A stretch of DNA of 64,000 bases from positions 25,304 through 89,303 of the forward strand of contig JBMFIC010000003.1 in assembly GCA_049976505.1 (NCBI GenBank), in the 5' to 3' direction. Positions 1-8,774 of the stretch are shown here, piece by piece. Numbering within the stretch: position 1 is the first letter of the stretch; each line of letters starts with the position of its first letter. Made by a program: the position numbers and the translations under genes. The notes under the pieces were generated by a model, which saw nothing but the letters and a program-made list of their open reading frames with translations, had not been told where the DNA came from and did not search any database. The stretch comes from Nitrososphaeria archaeon (lineage in GTDB: Archaea; Thermoproteota; Nitrososphaeria; Conexivisphaerales; UBA164).

Positions 1-72
1 GACGTTCCGCGCAACATCATCAGACTGCTGCAGCAGGGCAGTCCAGGAAGGATGATAATAAGAATCCAGTGA
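1..72 (+). CDS. 3' end of an unidentified CDS entering from upstream (partial)
   Basis: Open frame from position 1 (..DVPRNIIRLLQQGSPGRMIIRIQ*) ending at TGA 70-72. Too short to assign. Confidence 0.2.
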   Translation, partial: DVPRNIIRLLQQGSPGRMIIRIQ

Positions 73-81
73 GCTGGCCAG

Positions 82-1080
82 TTACTCCCATTTTATATCC
101 TCTCCAAGAAGCCTCAGCGCGTCTATCAGGCCTTCTGCGTATGCGGCCTGCATAAGTGCCGTAGATGGATCCCCCTGCGCCAGAAGCTCCTCGGCGTCCC
201 TGAGATATAGCTCGGAGTTCTCGAAAACGTCCCTGTATTTATCGATCAGCCGCTGATCCGCCTTTTTAACGGCGTTCCTGGTCTTCTTGATGATGGTAAA
301 GGCCCTTAGCTCTGCGGTGCTTTTCTTTACGTTGGATTTAACCTTAAAACCTAGAGCCTCCAGCGCTTCCTCCTCAGTAAAGTGAAGCTCCCCAGGTATC
401 ACCAGCGAGAAGGGCTCCTTTATCTGAGGCTTCTCCTTCCCCAGCTCTCCCAGAGTGCCCGCCATAATATGCTGATCCTTCCTGCCGGCTCTGCTGACCG
501 CGATCAGATATGTATCGTCGGAAAAGAAGCCCTCCTTGAAGTTCTTTTCGGCGGCAGATAGATCTTCAAGAAGGTCTCCCAGGCTGCCGTTGTATCCCGT
601 GGGTATAATTACTGAGTGCCTTCTTAGCTCAAGCGTCCTGCCAACCTGTCTGTAGATATAATTTCTTGAGCCGACGTCTCCCCTGAGAATGGAGCCGATA
701 AACCCGAGCTTGTACGCGTGCAGCCCACACTCACCAAGCACGGCGTTGATAAAGCTTGAGGAGTAGACTGTTCTCACCTGGATGCCCCTTCTCATGGCCA
801 GAACCCTCAGAGACTGGTGAGTGGTTGCTATGTACGGATCCCCATACACCAGCAAGCACACCACCCCTTCAGATGCTTCGCTGAGGATTTTCTCCGGGCT
901 TTCAAGATCCTCCCTGTCTGCGCGGATCGCGCCCAGGGCCTCCTCCAGCCATCCTATTTCGTCTTCGTCCATATGTGTGGTGTAAACGTCAACGTACGTT
1001 CTTGCTCCCCTGCACAGCTCAAACAGGCTCATAGGGGCGGTTGTTCTTGGGCTTACTCCCAGTCCCGCAATTATAAGCAT
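82..1080 (-). CDS. dphB: Diphthine synthase (Dph5/DphB, tetrapyrrole-methylase fold) with an extra ~85-aa C-terminal helical extension
   Basis: ORF 82..1119. N-terminus MLIIAGLGVS and the VYGDPYIATTH motif are typical of diphthine synthase. Start moved to the ATG at 1080 (the upstream 13 codons are unlikely). The tail after ..PGELHFTEEEALEALGF is additional. Confidence 0.8.
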   Translation of the reverse strand: MLIIAGLGVSPRTTAPMSLFELCRGARTYVDVYTTHMDEDEIGWLEEALGAIRADREDLESPEKILSEASEGVVCLLVYGDPYIATTHQSLRVLAMRRGIQVRTVYSSSFINAVLGECGLHAYKLGFIGSILRGDVGSRNYIYRQVGRTLELRRHSVIIPTGYNGSLGDLLEDLSAAEKNFKEGFFSDDTYLIAVSRAGRKDQHIMAGTLGELGKEKPQIKEPFSLVIPGELHFTEEEALEALGFKVKSNVKKSTAELRAFTIIKKTRNAVKKADQRLIDKYRDVFENSELYLRDAEELLAQGDPSTALMQAAYAEGLIDALRLLGEDIKWE

Positions 1081-1136
1081 GAGGGTTAATGGTCTGGCTC
1101 GCTTAATATGTTTCTTCAAGAAAATGCTTGAGCTGT

Positions 1137-1367
1137 TCAGTCCATAACTATCATTGAAAGCGTTGATCTTACCTTCTCAAGCCTTCTGATCTTCCACGTT
1201 ATGATCTCCTTTACCTGTTCCATGGACTCTGCCTCTACCTTAGCTATGATGTCATATACGCCATATACAAGGTATACCTCCTTTACGCCTGGTATGTTCT
1301 TGAGCTCCTTCAGCACATCCCCCTCGTATCCCATGTCCGTGTTAATTAATACGTAGGCGGTAGCCAT
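1137..1367 (-). CDS. Stand-alone Lrp/AsnC-type ligand-binding (RAM) domain protein
   Basis: 76 aa, AYVLINTDMGYEGDVLKELKNIPGVKEVYLVYGVYDIIAKVEA. This is the beta-alpha-beta-beta-alpha-beta RAM pattern with no HTH. Confidence 0.7.
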   Translation of the reverse strand: MATAYVLINTDMGYEGDVLKELKNIPGVKEVYLVYGVYDIIAKVEAESMEQVKEIITWKIRRLEKVRSTLSMIVMD

Positions 1368-1500
1368 AAAAATAATAAAGAGGTTTCTGTTATAAACTTT
1401 GCCTTTAATAAAAACGCAGCTTTGTTTTTATAAGTTGTCCGTTTCGAAGGTCAGCAAACGGGATATGTTTTTATTTGTTCAAAAAAAGAGTGCTTTTGGT

Positions 1501-2034
1501 ATGATTGTCAGCGGTAGGGAGCTGCTTGAGGCGGACATGTTCATAAGGCTGTTAGATGCTAATTCTCTCAGCGTCCTTGCCCTTATAGGGACAAGAGTTG
1601 CGCTGGTTCGTGATCTCGAAGCTAAGCCGAGCCGGTCAGGGAAGGTTAAGCTATACAGGTACAGGTATGACCCCGAAAGCGATTTCAGGGCGCCTCTGAT
1701 TGTTGCTTCTCCTAAAAACTATAGGGATGCCCTTGCCTACGTCAGAAAGCACCCAAACAGGGTCCTTGCGGTGATCGCCGATCTGAATGGCTTTACGATG
1801 GATCCAAAAGCCCACGGCGATTTCATAAAGCTCCTCAGAGAGACCTACAGGATACCCCTGCTTTACGCAAGCGGCGCCAGGTCCGCCATGGATCTTGCTC
1901 CGCCGCCGGTCCTCAGAAGAGCTCTTACCCTGTACTTCGAAGAGGATGGGTTTGAAAGAAAGAAAATGTACAGGGGTCTCTTTGAATCCCTTCCCGCGCT
2001 TCTGGAGGATGGGAGGTTCTTTGAAGAGGTTTAG
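1501..2034 (+). CDS. rnp3: RNase P protein component 3 (Rpp30-like), divergent and short
   Basis: C-terminal half (..IPLLYASGARSAMDLAPPPVL..) resembles archaeal Rpp30. Its end overlaps the Pop5-like gene, the usual pairing. Start uncertain (ORF opens at 1399; ATG at 1501 chosen). Confidence 0.55.
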   Translation: MIVSGRELLEADMFIRLLDANSLSVLALIGTRVALVRDLEAKPSRSGKVKLYRYRYDPESDFRAPLIVASPKNYRDALAYVRKHPNRVLAVIADLNGFTMDPKAHGDFIKLLRETYRIPLLYASGARSAMDLAPPPVLRRALTLYFEEDGFERKKMYRGLFESLPALLEDGRFFEEV

Positions 2035-2338
2035 AACAAGGTACGTTCTTGCTCTCGTTGATGATGCCGATCCTAAAAGGATCCTCGAGGCCCTCAACAG
2101 CGCAATAGCTACGCTTGGGGGCGAGTCCTTAGTCTACAGGGTTGAGGCCAGGATCGTAGGGCTCTTTGGAAGAAACAGGGTCTTGTTAAAATTCAATTAC
2201 CAGGAGGCCAGGAAGGAGGACCTGTTGTTTGCCGTGTTTCTTATGAGAAGGTTCGGGGTCAGGGCGGTACCGCTGAGGACCTTCGGCACGATAAAGTCAG
2301 CAAAGGAGAAGGCGCGAAATTTAAAAACAAAACTGTAA
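2009..2338 (+). CDS. rnp2: RNase P protein component 2 (Pop5-like)
   Basis: Inside ORF 1895..2338 from the ATG at 2009. RTRYVLALVDDADP...LLFAVFLMRRFG is a Pop5-type pattern. Overlaps the Rpp30-like stop by 26 nt. Confidence 0.6.
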   Translation: MGGSLKRFRTRYVLALVDDADPKRILEALNSAIATLGGESLVYRVEARIVGLFGRNRVLLKFNYQEARKEDLLFAVFLMRRFGVRAVPLRTFGTIKSAKEKARNLKTKL

Positions 2339-2418
2339 ATCGTTTTGTTTCTCTTGCGGTTCGTTGCTCTGCTTTTAGCTAAGCTTTTATATGCTGTTTG
2401 AAATTATTAATAGTGTAA

Positions 2419-2982
2419 ATGCAGCTGCAGAAAAAATATGAGAGCGTAGCGTATGTTTTAGATTTCAAGCTAAATGCTGAATCTGTTACTGTAAGGGGAA
2501 AGAGAGGAACGATAATTCAGTCTATAGGTAGTGATTATTTCATGCTCCTGGAGCTACTGGGCATGCCAAACACAAGCTTCGTAATTTTGGAGAAGGTCAA
2601 CATAAGCAAAGAGAAGAGAGACAAGATACTCAGCGTCCTTGGCAGGCTGAAGTACGAGGATCTCAGCCCCATAGCCAAGAACACGCTTCCGCAGGCCGTT
2701 GAGCTTATAGTAAGGGAGAACGAGCAGAGGTTCGTTAGCTTCTTCAACATGGCAATGCCAGTAACCCCAAGGCTGAACTCACTTGAGCTTATACCGGGCA
2801 TAGGCAAAACCCTGATGAACGCGATCATAAAGGAAAAGGAAAAGAAGCCCTTCTCGAGCTTCAAGGACATAGAGGAAAGGATTGGGCTGAAGGATCCCGC
2901 TAAGAAGATTACGGAGAGGATCATTGAGGAGCTCAAAGGAAATCAGCAGATCTACCTCTTCGTAAAACAGTTTAAGGAGTGA
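2419..2982 (+). CDS. DUF655/COG1491-type protein (OB-like N-terminus plus helix-hairpin-helix C-terminus)
   Basis: 187 aa. ..AYVLDF..., LELIPGIGKTLMNAIIKEKEKKPFSSFKDIEERI is HhH-like. Conserved archaeal family usually found near translation/RNA-processing genes. Confidence 0.6.
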   Translation: MQLQKKYESVAYVLDFKLNAESVTVRGKRGTIIQSIGSDYFMLLELLGMPNTSFVILEKVNISKEKRDKILSVLGRLKYEDLSPIAKNTLPQAVELIVRENEQRFVSFFNMAMPVTPRLNSLELIPGIGKTLMNAIIKEKEKKPFSSFKDIEERIGLKDPAKKITERIIEELKGNQQIYLFVKQFKE

Positions 2983-3030
2983 ACGGGGTTTTAAATTACC
3001 GTTAAATATTACCAAGCTGGATGATAGTAA

Positions 3031-3969
3031 ATGAACGAGCTGCAGATCATTGAGATTATCAGGCAGCTCTTCGAAACTAAAGATTACCCGCTGACGGACG
3101 ACGTTGCATACCTGCCAAACGGCCTGGCCTTTAAGGTTGATATGCTTGTTAAGAGCACGGACGTCCCAAAGGGCATGAGCTGGTATCAGGTGGGCAGAAA
3201 GGCTCTGGTTTCGGTTCTCTCGGATGTTTCGACCAAGGGAGTTAGGCCTGAGTTTATGATGCTCAGCTTGGCGCTCAGAAAGGGAATCACGGAAGAACAG
3301 ATAAGGGATATGCTGAGGGGCATAAAGGACCTGTCGGTTAGGTATAAAATAAAACTCATAGGAGGAGACGTTAACCGGGCCAAGGATCTTGCCATCGACT
3401 GCGTTGTTTTTGGAAGCTATAAGAACAGGGTCTTCAGAGGAGGAGCAAGACCGGGAGACCTGATATACGTTACTGGCGAGTTTGGCCTGACGGCTGTTGG
3501 CCTTGACTTTCTTCTCAAGGGAAAGGATATCAAAAACAGCAGGCTTAAAGAGCTGGCCCTTAAATGGGTTTATGAGCCTGAGCCTCCAATTGAGTTCAAT
3601 CTTGATGTAGTTGAATCGGGGCTCATAACTTCCTCTATGGACTCCAGCGATGGTTTGGCTTTTACGCTAAACGAAATGGCCGAGCAGAGCGGCCTGCGTT
3701 TTCTGATTGAGAACTATCCGATGAGTGAAGAAATAATAAAAATGATAAAAGAGGAAGGAAGAGATCCCCTTTCCGATGCAATGTACGGGGGAGAAGAATA
3801 CCAGATGGTATTTACCGTGCCTCCTGAAAAAGAGCAGGAAGTGATAGAAAAGGCAGAGGAACACCACGTAGTTATTCACAGGATAGGCCACGTAGTTCAA
3901 GGAAAAGGCGTCTACTTTGCAGGCGCTAACAGGAACATTAGGAAAAGAGGATGGATCTTCACTTTTTAA
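3031..3969 (+). CDS. thiL: Thiamine-monophosphate kinase (AIR-synthase-related fold)
   Basis: 312 aa. DDVAYL...DMLV..TD, LIGGDV.., SSMDSSDGL motifs are typical of ThiL/PurM-like proteins. Confidence 0.75.
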   Translation: MNELQIIEIIRQLFETKDYPLTDDVAYLPNGLAFKVDMLVKSTDVPKGMSWYQVGRKALVSVLSDVSTKGVRPEFMMLSLALRKGITEEQIRDMLRGIKDLSVRYKIKLIGGDVNRAKDLAIDCVVFGSYKNRVFRGGARPGDLIYVTGEFGLTAVGLDFLLKGKDIKNSRLKELALKWVYEPEPPIEFNLDVVESGLITSSMDSSDGLAFTLNEMAEQSGLRFLIENYPMSEEIIKMIKEEGRDPLSDAMYGGEEYQMVFTVPPEKEQEVIEKAEEHHVVIHRIGHVVQGKGVYFAGANRNIRKRGWIFTF

Positions 3970-4378
3970 CTTTTTTCTTCAGGAGCGTTACGTTCTGAAT
4001 TTCTCTCAGCTGGTATACCCATTCCCTTCCCTCCTTTCTTCTCACCAGTTCTCCTCTGTCGTTCATTCTTCTGAGATACGTTGAAATTATAGGAAGCTTG
4101 ACGCTTATACTGTACCTGTCCTCAAGAACGGATTGGATGTCCTTTGACGTGAACCCCGTTAGGGGCATTTCCCTTATTATCTTTCTTAAAAGGCTGTAGA
4201 GGTCGCCGTCCGCCACTGTAATATCCTCGGCCTTCTTTTCCTGTTCACTTTCGGAAATAAGCTCGTAAAGCTCGAGAAGCCTGAGAACCTTATCCTTTTC
4301 TATATTCCCCTCTACTTTAAAGAGGTATTTCGCTCCATTCTCGTCCTCAAATTCCAGCTTTATTGCCTTCCTCGGCAA
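3959..4378 (-). CDS. Small winged-helix DNA-binding protein, origin-adjacent (function unknown)
   Basis: 139 aa with an acidic linker, then FTSKDIQSVLEDRYSISVKLPIISTYLRRMNDRGELVRRKEGREWVYQL (wHTH pattern). Divergent from orc1/cdc6 across the origin. Confidence 0.45.
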   Translation of the reverse strand: MPRKAIKLEFEDENGAKYLFKVEGNIEKDKVLRLLELYELISESEQEKKAEDITVADGDLYSLLRKIIREMPLTGFTSKDIQSVLEDRYSISVKLPIISTYLRRMNDRGELVRRKEGREWVYQLREIQNVTLLKKKVKK

Positions 4379-4519
4379 CTTTTACTTAATATTTGTTAAC
4401 AGCCCTTTAAAATAAAATTAAAGGCAAATTTTTGTTAACAAGTTATCAATCGCCTTTCTTTTAACTTCTGACCTTAACATACTTTAACAACAGCTATATT
4501 ACTGTGTTCTATCTTTGAG

Positions 4520-4550
4520 GCTCCACAGGCTCCAGAGGAAATGTAGGGGT
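4520..4550 (+). repeat. ORB element 1 (long form)
   Basis: GCTCCACAGGCTCCAGAGGAAATGTAGGGGT. 25/31 identical to ORB2. Confidence 0.75.
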
Positions 4551-4578
4551 CGATTAACGGTTAATGACGGATAACAGA

Positions 4579-4609
4579 GCTCCAGTAGCTCCAGAGGAAA
4601 CTAAGGGGT
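4579..4609 (+). repeat. ORB element 2 (long form)
   Basis: GCTCCAGTAGCTCCAGAGGAAACTAAGGGGT. Confidence 0.75.
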
Positions 4610-4674
4610 TCTCTTAATCATGTATAATCACTCAGATTAACAGAATCTTAACACATAGATTAATTAGACCCTCG

Positions 4675-4697
4675 CCCCCCATTTCCTCTGAATCCTC
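4675..4697 (-). repeat. ORB element 3 (inverted orientation)
   Basis: Plus strand CCCCCCATTTCCTCTGAATCCTC, which is the reverse complement of GAGGATTCAGAGGAAATGGGGGG. Confidence 0.7.
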
Positions 4698-4832
4698 TTA
4701 AAATCAGCCTTTCTATTATAGAATGATTTTTTGTTCATAGAAATTAGGTTAATTTTATTTTATTGATGGTGAATATTTTTTGTTTTTATGTTTTTAATTT
4801 ACTGATATTATAAATATTCATCGTTAAAAAGA

Positions 4833-4856
4833 TGCAGAGGAAAACAAGGGGTGTAG
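4833..4856 (+). repeat. ORB element 4 (mini-ORB), immediately before the orc1/cdc6 start
   Basis: TGCAGAGGAAAACAAGGGGTGTAG. Ends 7 nt before the ATG at 4863. Confidence 0.65.
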
Positions 4857-4862
4857 GGGTTA

Positions 4863-6068
4863 ATGTCCGATTTTCTTAATGAAATCTTCAATAAGGTAGC
4901 TTCTGGAAAATCGATATTCAAGAACAGAGAGGTTTTAAGCATAGATTATATTCCGGACAGGATACTTTTCAGAGACGAGCAGATAAAAAGAATAGGAGAG
5001 GCCCTCTCACCCATCATAAAGGGCTCCAAACCTTCGAATCTGCTTCTTTATGGAAAAACGGGCACCGGAAAGACCATGGTGGCAAGGTACGTCATTAACA
5101 GGTTGATGGGTTACGTTAAGGAAGCATCAACAGTCTTTGCTTATGTTAACTGCCGAATCAGTGGAACCCCCTACAGGGTTCTTAGTGAGGTAGCTGAGTT
5201 TATGGGACTGAAGATACCGTTTACTGGCCTCTCTATAAGTGAAGTTCAGAAAAGAATATTCGACCACATGATCAAGGAGAAGCTTAAGCTCCTTCTGGTC
5301 TTGGACGAGATAGATTTTCTTCTCAACTCACCAACAAAAAAAGACGTTGGTAACGACATACTCTATCAGTTAACAAGGTACGACAGCATATATTTCGTGC
5401 CGGGAAGCTTTATTACGCTGGTCGGGATCTCAAACGATCTCAAATTCGTCGAATATCTGGAGGGAAGAGTTTACAGCAGTATCAGAGCAGAGGAGATACT
5501 TTTTCCTCCTTATACCGCCGACGAGCTCCGCATGATACTTAAGGAAAGAGTTAAGGAGGCTTTTGTGGATGGAGCAGTAGGAGATGAGATAATTAACCTT
5601 ATAGCCGCCTATTCAGGCAGTGAGCACGGAGACGCGAGAAGGGCTGTAGATCTGCTGAGGGTTTCTGGAGAGCTCGCTGAAAGGGAGGGATCACAGAAAA
5701 TCCTGGAAAAACACGTTCAGGACGCATTGAAAAGCATAGAAAAGGACAAGGTCTTTGAAGCAATATCCTCGCTGCCAATCCACGAGAAGGCCGTTATTTA
5801 TTCCATTGCCAGCTTCCCGTCCGGAGAAACCACAGGTCACGTCTATCTTAAATACCAGGAAGTATGCGAAAAGCTCGGGCTTGATCCTCTAACGCAGAGA
5901 AGGATCAGCTCCATAATAAACGAGCTCGACATGCTGGGCCTCGTATCAGCTCCAATTATAAACAGGGGCAGGCACGGAAGATCTAAGAAGATACAGCTGG
6001 TAGTCGACAGAAGTCAAGTCTATGAAGCGTTGAAGAACGACGAGACCTTTAAGCTTCTGCTGACTTGA
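4863..6068 (+). CDS. cdc6: Orc1/Cdc6 replication initiator (AAA+ plus C-terminal winged helix)
   Basis: 401 aa. Walker A LYGKTGTGKT, Walker B LLLVLDEIDFL, typical DYIPDRILFRDEQI N-terminus. Confidence 0.95.
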   Translation: MSDFLNEIFNKVASGKSIFKNREVLSIDYIPDRILFRDEQIKRIGEALSPIIKGSKPSNLLLYGKTGTGKTMVARYVINRLMGYVKEASTVFAYVNCRISGTPYRVLSEVAEFMGLKIPFTGLSISEVQKRIFDHMIKEKLKLLLVLDEIDFLLNSPTKKDVGNDILYQLTRYDSIYFVPGSFITLVGISNDLKFVEYLEGRVYSSIRAEEILFPPYTADELRMILKERVKEAFVDGAVGDEIINLIAAYSGSEHGDARRAVDLLRVSGELAEREGSQKILEKHVQDALKSIEKDKVFEAISSLPIHEKAVIYSIASFPSGETTGHVYLKYQEVCEKLGLDPLTQRRISSIINELDMLGLVSAPIINRGRHGRSKKIQLVVDRSQVYEALKNDETFKLLLT

Positions 6069-6381
6069 TTATTTCGTGTATTTTATTCAGCGTCTCCGTT
6101 GGAACGATCTTCTTCCATCCCAGAAGATAAGTTCTTATCTCCTCTGCAGTCCTCGGAAGTATGTTAACTAGCTGAATAGCATAATCCTCTTCGAGTCCAG
6201 CCTCCTTGACTAACCTTTCAACAAGCTCCTTGGCCTTCTCAGCGCTTAGCTTCGAGAAAGCGTTAACGTAGTCGAACGTTCTTCTCTGCAGCTCGTCCAT
6301 TTCTTCTGGGGAGCCCGCTAGGATTTCCTTTGCCTCATGAATTGTTATCTTTTTGCTTTTAACTAGCTTCATTCGTGCCAC
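6049..6381 (-). CDS. rpoF: DNA-directed RNA polymerase subunit F (Rpo4/Rpb4-like)
   Basis: 110 aa. ITIHEAKEIL...LSAEKAKELVERL...LVNILPRTAEEIR pattern. Overlaps and follows the L21e gene, as in many archaea. Confidence 0.75.
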   Translation of the reverse strand: MARMKLVKSKKITIHEAKEILAGSPEEMDELQRRTFDYVNAFSKLSAEKAKELVERLVKEAGLEEDYAIQLVNILPRTAEEIRTYLLGWKKIVPTETLNKIHEIIKSAEA

Positions 6382-6658
6382 CTTTCAGGGGCACTACGTG
6401 CTCGAGCCTGGTATATATGAGCTTCTTCTTGTTTCCAACCTCTATTTCAACCACCAGCGATCTCTTCCTGACTTCCTTTACTACGCCCACGCGCCCATGA
6501 TACCTCCTGTGCGGCATCCCCTTATGCTGTGAAGGATCAATCTTGATAACCACCTTATCTCCAACCCTATACTCCTGAAGGAGGTATGAAAGGCCTCTCT
6601 TGCCCTCAAGCGTTAAAAGCTTCCTGGTCTTTCTTCTGTACCCCTTATAATGAGGCAT
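6359..6658 (-). CDS. rpl21e: 50S ribosomal protein L21e
   Basis: 99 aa. MPHYKGYRRKTR...GDKVVIKIDPSQHKGMPHRRYHGRVG is the L21e signature. Confidence 0.9.
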   Translation of the reverse strand: MPHYKGYRRKTRKLLTLEGKRGLSYLLQEYRVGDKVVIKIDPSQHKGMPHRRYHGRVGVVKEVRKRSLVVEIEVGNKKKLIYTRLEHVVPLKGGTNEAS

Positions 6659-6722
6659 ATCGCTTAAAATTTGTGAACATCCGTTTAAAAACTTATTCCC
6701 ATTAATGAGGCTCCATCTCGTT

Positions 6723-8768
6723 CTACAACAGCATAAGCAGCACTCCTATAAGCTTGATCGCTATAAAGGGGAGAACTACTCCACCTAGTCCATAAACCAG
6801 AACGTTTTCAAGAAATATCCTCCTTGGGGACTTGGGCTTAAGAGAGATCCCCTTGACGGCCAGCGGAAGCAGTATTGGTATAATAAAAGCGTTGTAGATA
6901 AGCGCTGCCAGAACGGCCACATCGAGGGGCAGCCGCAGTATGTTGAGATACCTTGCAGCTACGAGGAAGCTTATGAGAGCAGGCAGAACCACGAAGTACT
7001 TTGAAATGTCGTTGGCAATCGAGAAGGTTGCTATTGATCCCCGGGTAATCAGGAGCTGTTTGCCAAGCTTTATAACCTCAATGATCTTTGAGGGGTCGGA
7101 CTCCAGATCGATCATGTTCGCTGCTTCCTTAGCTACTTCAGTGCCGTTGTACATTGCCAGCCCAACGTTTGCTCTGGCAAGAGCTGGCGCATCGTTCGTG
7201 CCATCTCCTACCATCGCTATCGTTTTTCCCTGCTGCTGCTCCTCAACCACTTTTTTGTACTTATCCTCCGGCTTTGCTTGAGGTATAACGTTCTTTATTC
7301 CCACCTCGGCAGCTATCTTCTGTGCTGTGAGGGGATGATCGCCTGTTATCATGTAGATCTCGATGCCCATGCTCTGCAGCCTCTTTATTTCTTCCCTCAC
7401 GCCCTCCTTGATTATGTCCCTCAGCTCCAGCAGCCCTATAATTTCATCTCCAACGGCCACCGCAAGAGGCGTTCCGCCGTTCCTTGCGATTTCGTCGACT
7501 TTCTCTTCAAAGTCTGGGGGCGCATAGAAGAGCGTTTTCATTACGTCAGGGGCGCCCTTGAATATCGGGACCTTTTCGTTAAGGTACACGCCATAGAAAT
7601 CCGCCTTTTTAATCAGTCTAACCTCCTTGAAGAGGTCGCGGCCCGGAAGCCGCAGCGGCCTGTAAAGGATGCCGCTCCTCCGGGTCTTTGCAGAGAACTC
7701 TTCATAGAACGAGAGGACTGCCTGATCTATGTTCTCTGCTACGTATCCCATCCCCTCAAGATATCTCAGTATGGCCTTTCCTTCCTGAGTATCATCCTGC
7801 AGTGAGGCCAAGAAGAGGGCCTTTGCAACCTCCTCTTCCGTGTGCGAGTTAAGAGGGATAATCCTGATGGGCTCCCTTCTTCCTATGGTGATCGTGCCCG
7901 TTTTATCTAGAAGAACGACGTCGGTATCACCCGCCGCCTCTATCGCCTTTCCTGACTTTGATATCACCTTGATCTTCCAAAGCCGGATAAGCCCGGATAT
8001 TCCTATGGCTTCCTCTAGCGCACCTATTGTGGTTGGCAGAAGACAGACATAAAATCCCATAAGGACGGGGACGTTCAAAGGATAGCCCAGCAGATAGAGC
8101 GTAAGGCCTAGCGACACAATAACTAGCGAAAGCAAAACGGTCAAACCGTACAGTAAGGAGTCCAGCTGCCTTTCGCTTTCGCCCTTAGGTCTCTTGGTCC
8201 TTTCGATCATGCCTGCTATCCTGTAGACATATGACTCCTTCAGCGTCTTTGTTACCCTTATCTTTAGGTAGTCGCTCACAACTTTGCTGCCCGAAATCAC
8301 CTCGTCGTTTATCGATTTTATGACCGGCAGGGATTCGCCGGTCACGAGCGACTCATCGATGGCGGCAGTGCCCTCAACGATCACTCCGTCCAAAGGTATA
8401 ATTTCCCCTACCCGCACAAGAATTATATCTCCAACGCTTACGGCATCAGGAGGGACGTAGACCTCAGATGAATCAGGAAGGATCTTTCTGACGTTTATTG
8501 TGGAGGTTATTCTTATCAGTGAGGAAGCTGTTATTTTTGCCTGGTGTTCTGCATACGAATCCGCAAGAGTTCCAAACCAGACCGTTAAGAAGATCAGGAG
8601 AGCTATCCACGCATAGAATTCGCTGAGCTCGCGCGTCACTATCATGTAAATAAGAACTATAAAAAATGAAATCTCGCTGAGCAGCATAACCGGGTTTCTC
8701 TTCAGATAAAGCGGGCTCAGGCGTAATAACGAATTTTTAACTATGAAAAGATAATCCCTGAGCTCCAT
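6723..8768 (-). CDS. kdpB: Potassium-transporting P-type ATPase, subunit B
   Basis: 681 aa. DKTGTIT phosphorylation motif, MITGDHPLTA, VGDGTNDAPALA. Length and TM pattern match KdpB. Confidence 0.95.
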   Translation of the reverse strand: MELRDYLFIVKNSLLRLSPLYLKRNPVMLLSEISFFIVLIYMIVTRELSEFYAWIALLIFLTVWFGTLADSYAEHQAKITASSLIRITSTINVRKILPDSSEVYVPPDAVSVGDIILVRVGEIIPLDGVIVEGTAAIDESLVTGESLPVIKSINDEVISGSKVVSDYLKIRVTKTLKESYVYRIAGMIERTKRPKGESERQLDSLLYGLTVLLSLVIVSLGLTLYLLGYPLNVPVLMGFYVCLLPTTIGALEEAIGISGLIRLWKIKVISKSGKAIEAAGDTDVVLLDKTGTITIGRREPIRIIPLNSHTEEEVAKALFLASLQDDTQEGKAILRYLEGMGYVAENIDQAVLSFYEEFSAKTRRSGILYRPLRLPGRDLFKEVRLIKKADFYGVYLNEKVPIFKGAPDVMKTLFYAPPDFEEKVDEIARNGGTPLAVAVGDEIIGLLELRDIIKEGVREEIKRLQSMGIEIYMITGDHPLTAQKIAAEVGIKNVIPQAKPEDKYKKVVEEQQQGKTIAMVGDGTNDAPALARANVGLAMYNGTEVAKEAANMIDLESDPSKIIEVIKLGKQLLITRGSIATFSIANDISKYFVVLPALISFLVAARYLNILRLPLDVAVLAALIYNAFIIPILLPLAVKGISLKPKSPRRIFLENVLVYGLGGVVLPFIAIKLIGVLLMLL

Positions 8769-8774
8769 TTTTAT

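Larger units (their letters stand above)
4395..4862. other. Chromosomal replication origin (oriC): ORB elements plus AT-rich duplex unwinding element
   Basis: 485-bp ORF-free gap next to orc1/cdc6. Four ORB-like boxes share the core CAGAGGAAA-N(2-4)-GGGG. The stretch ~4700-4830 is extremely AT-rich and sits between an inverted and a direct ORB. Confidence 0.8.
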
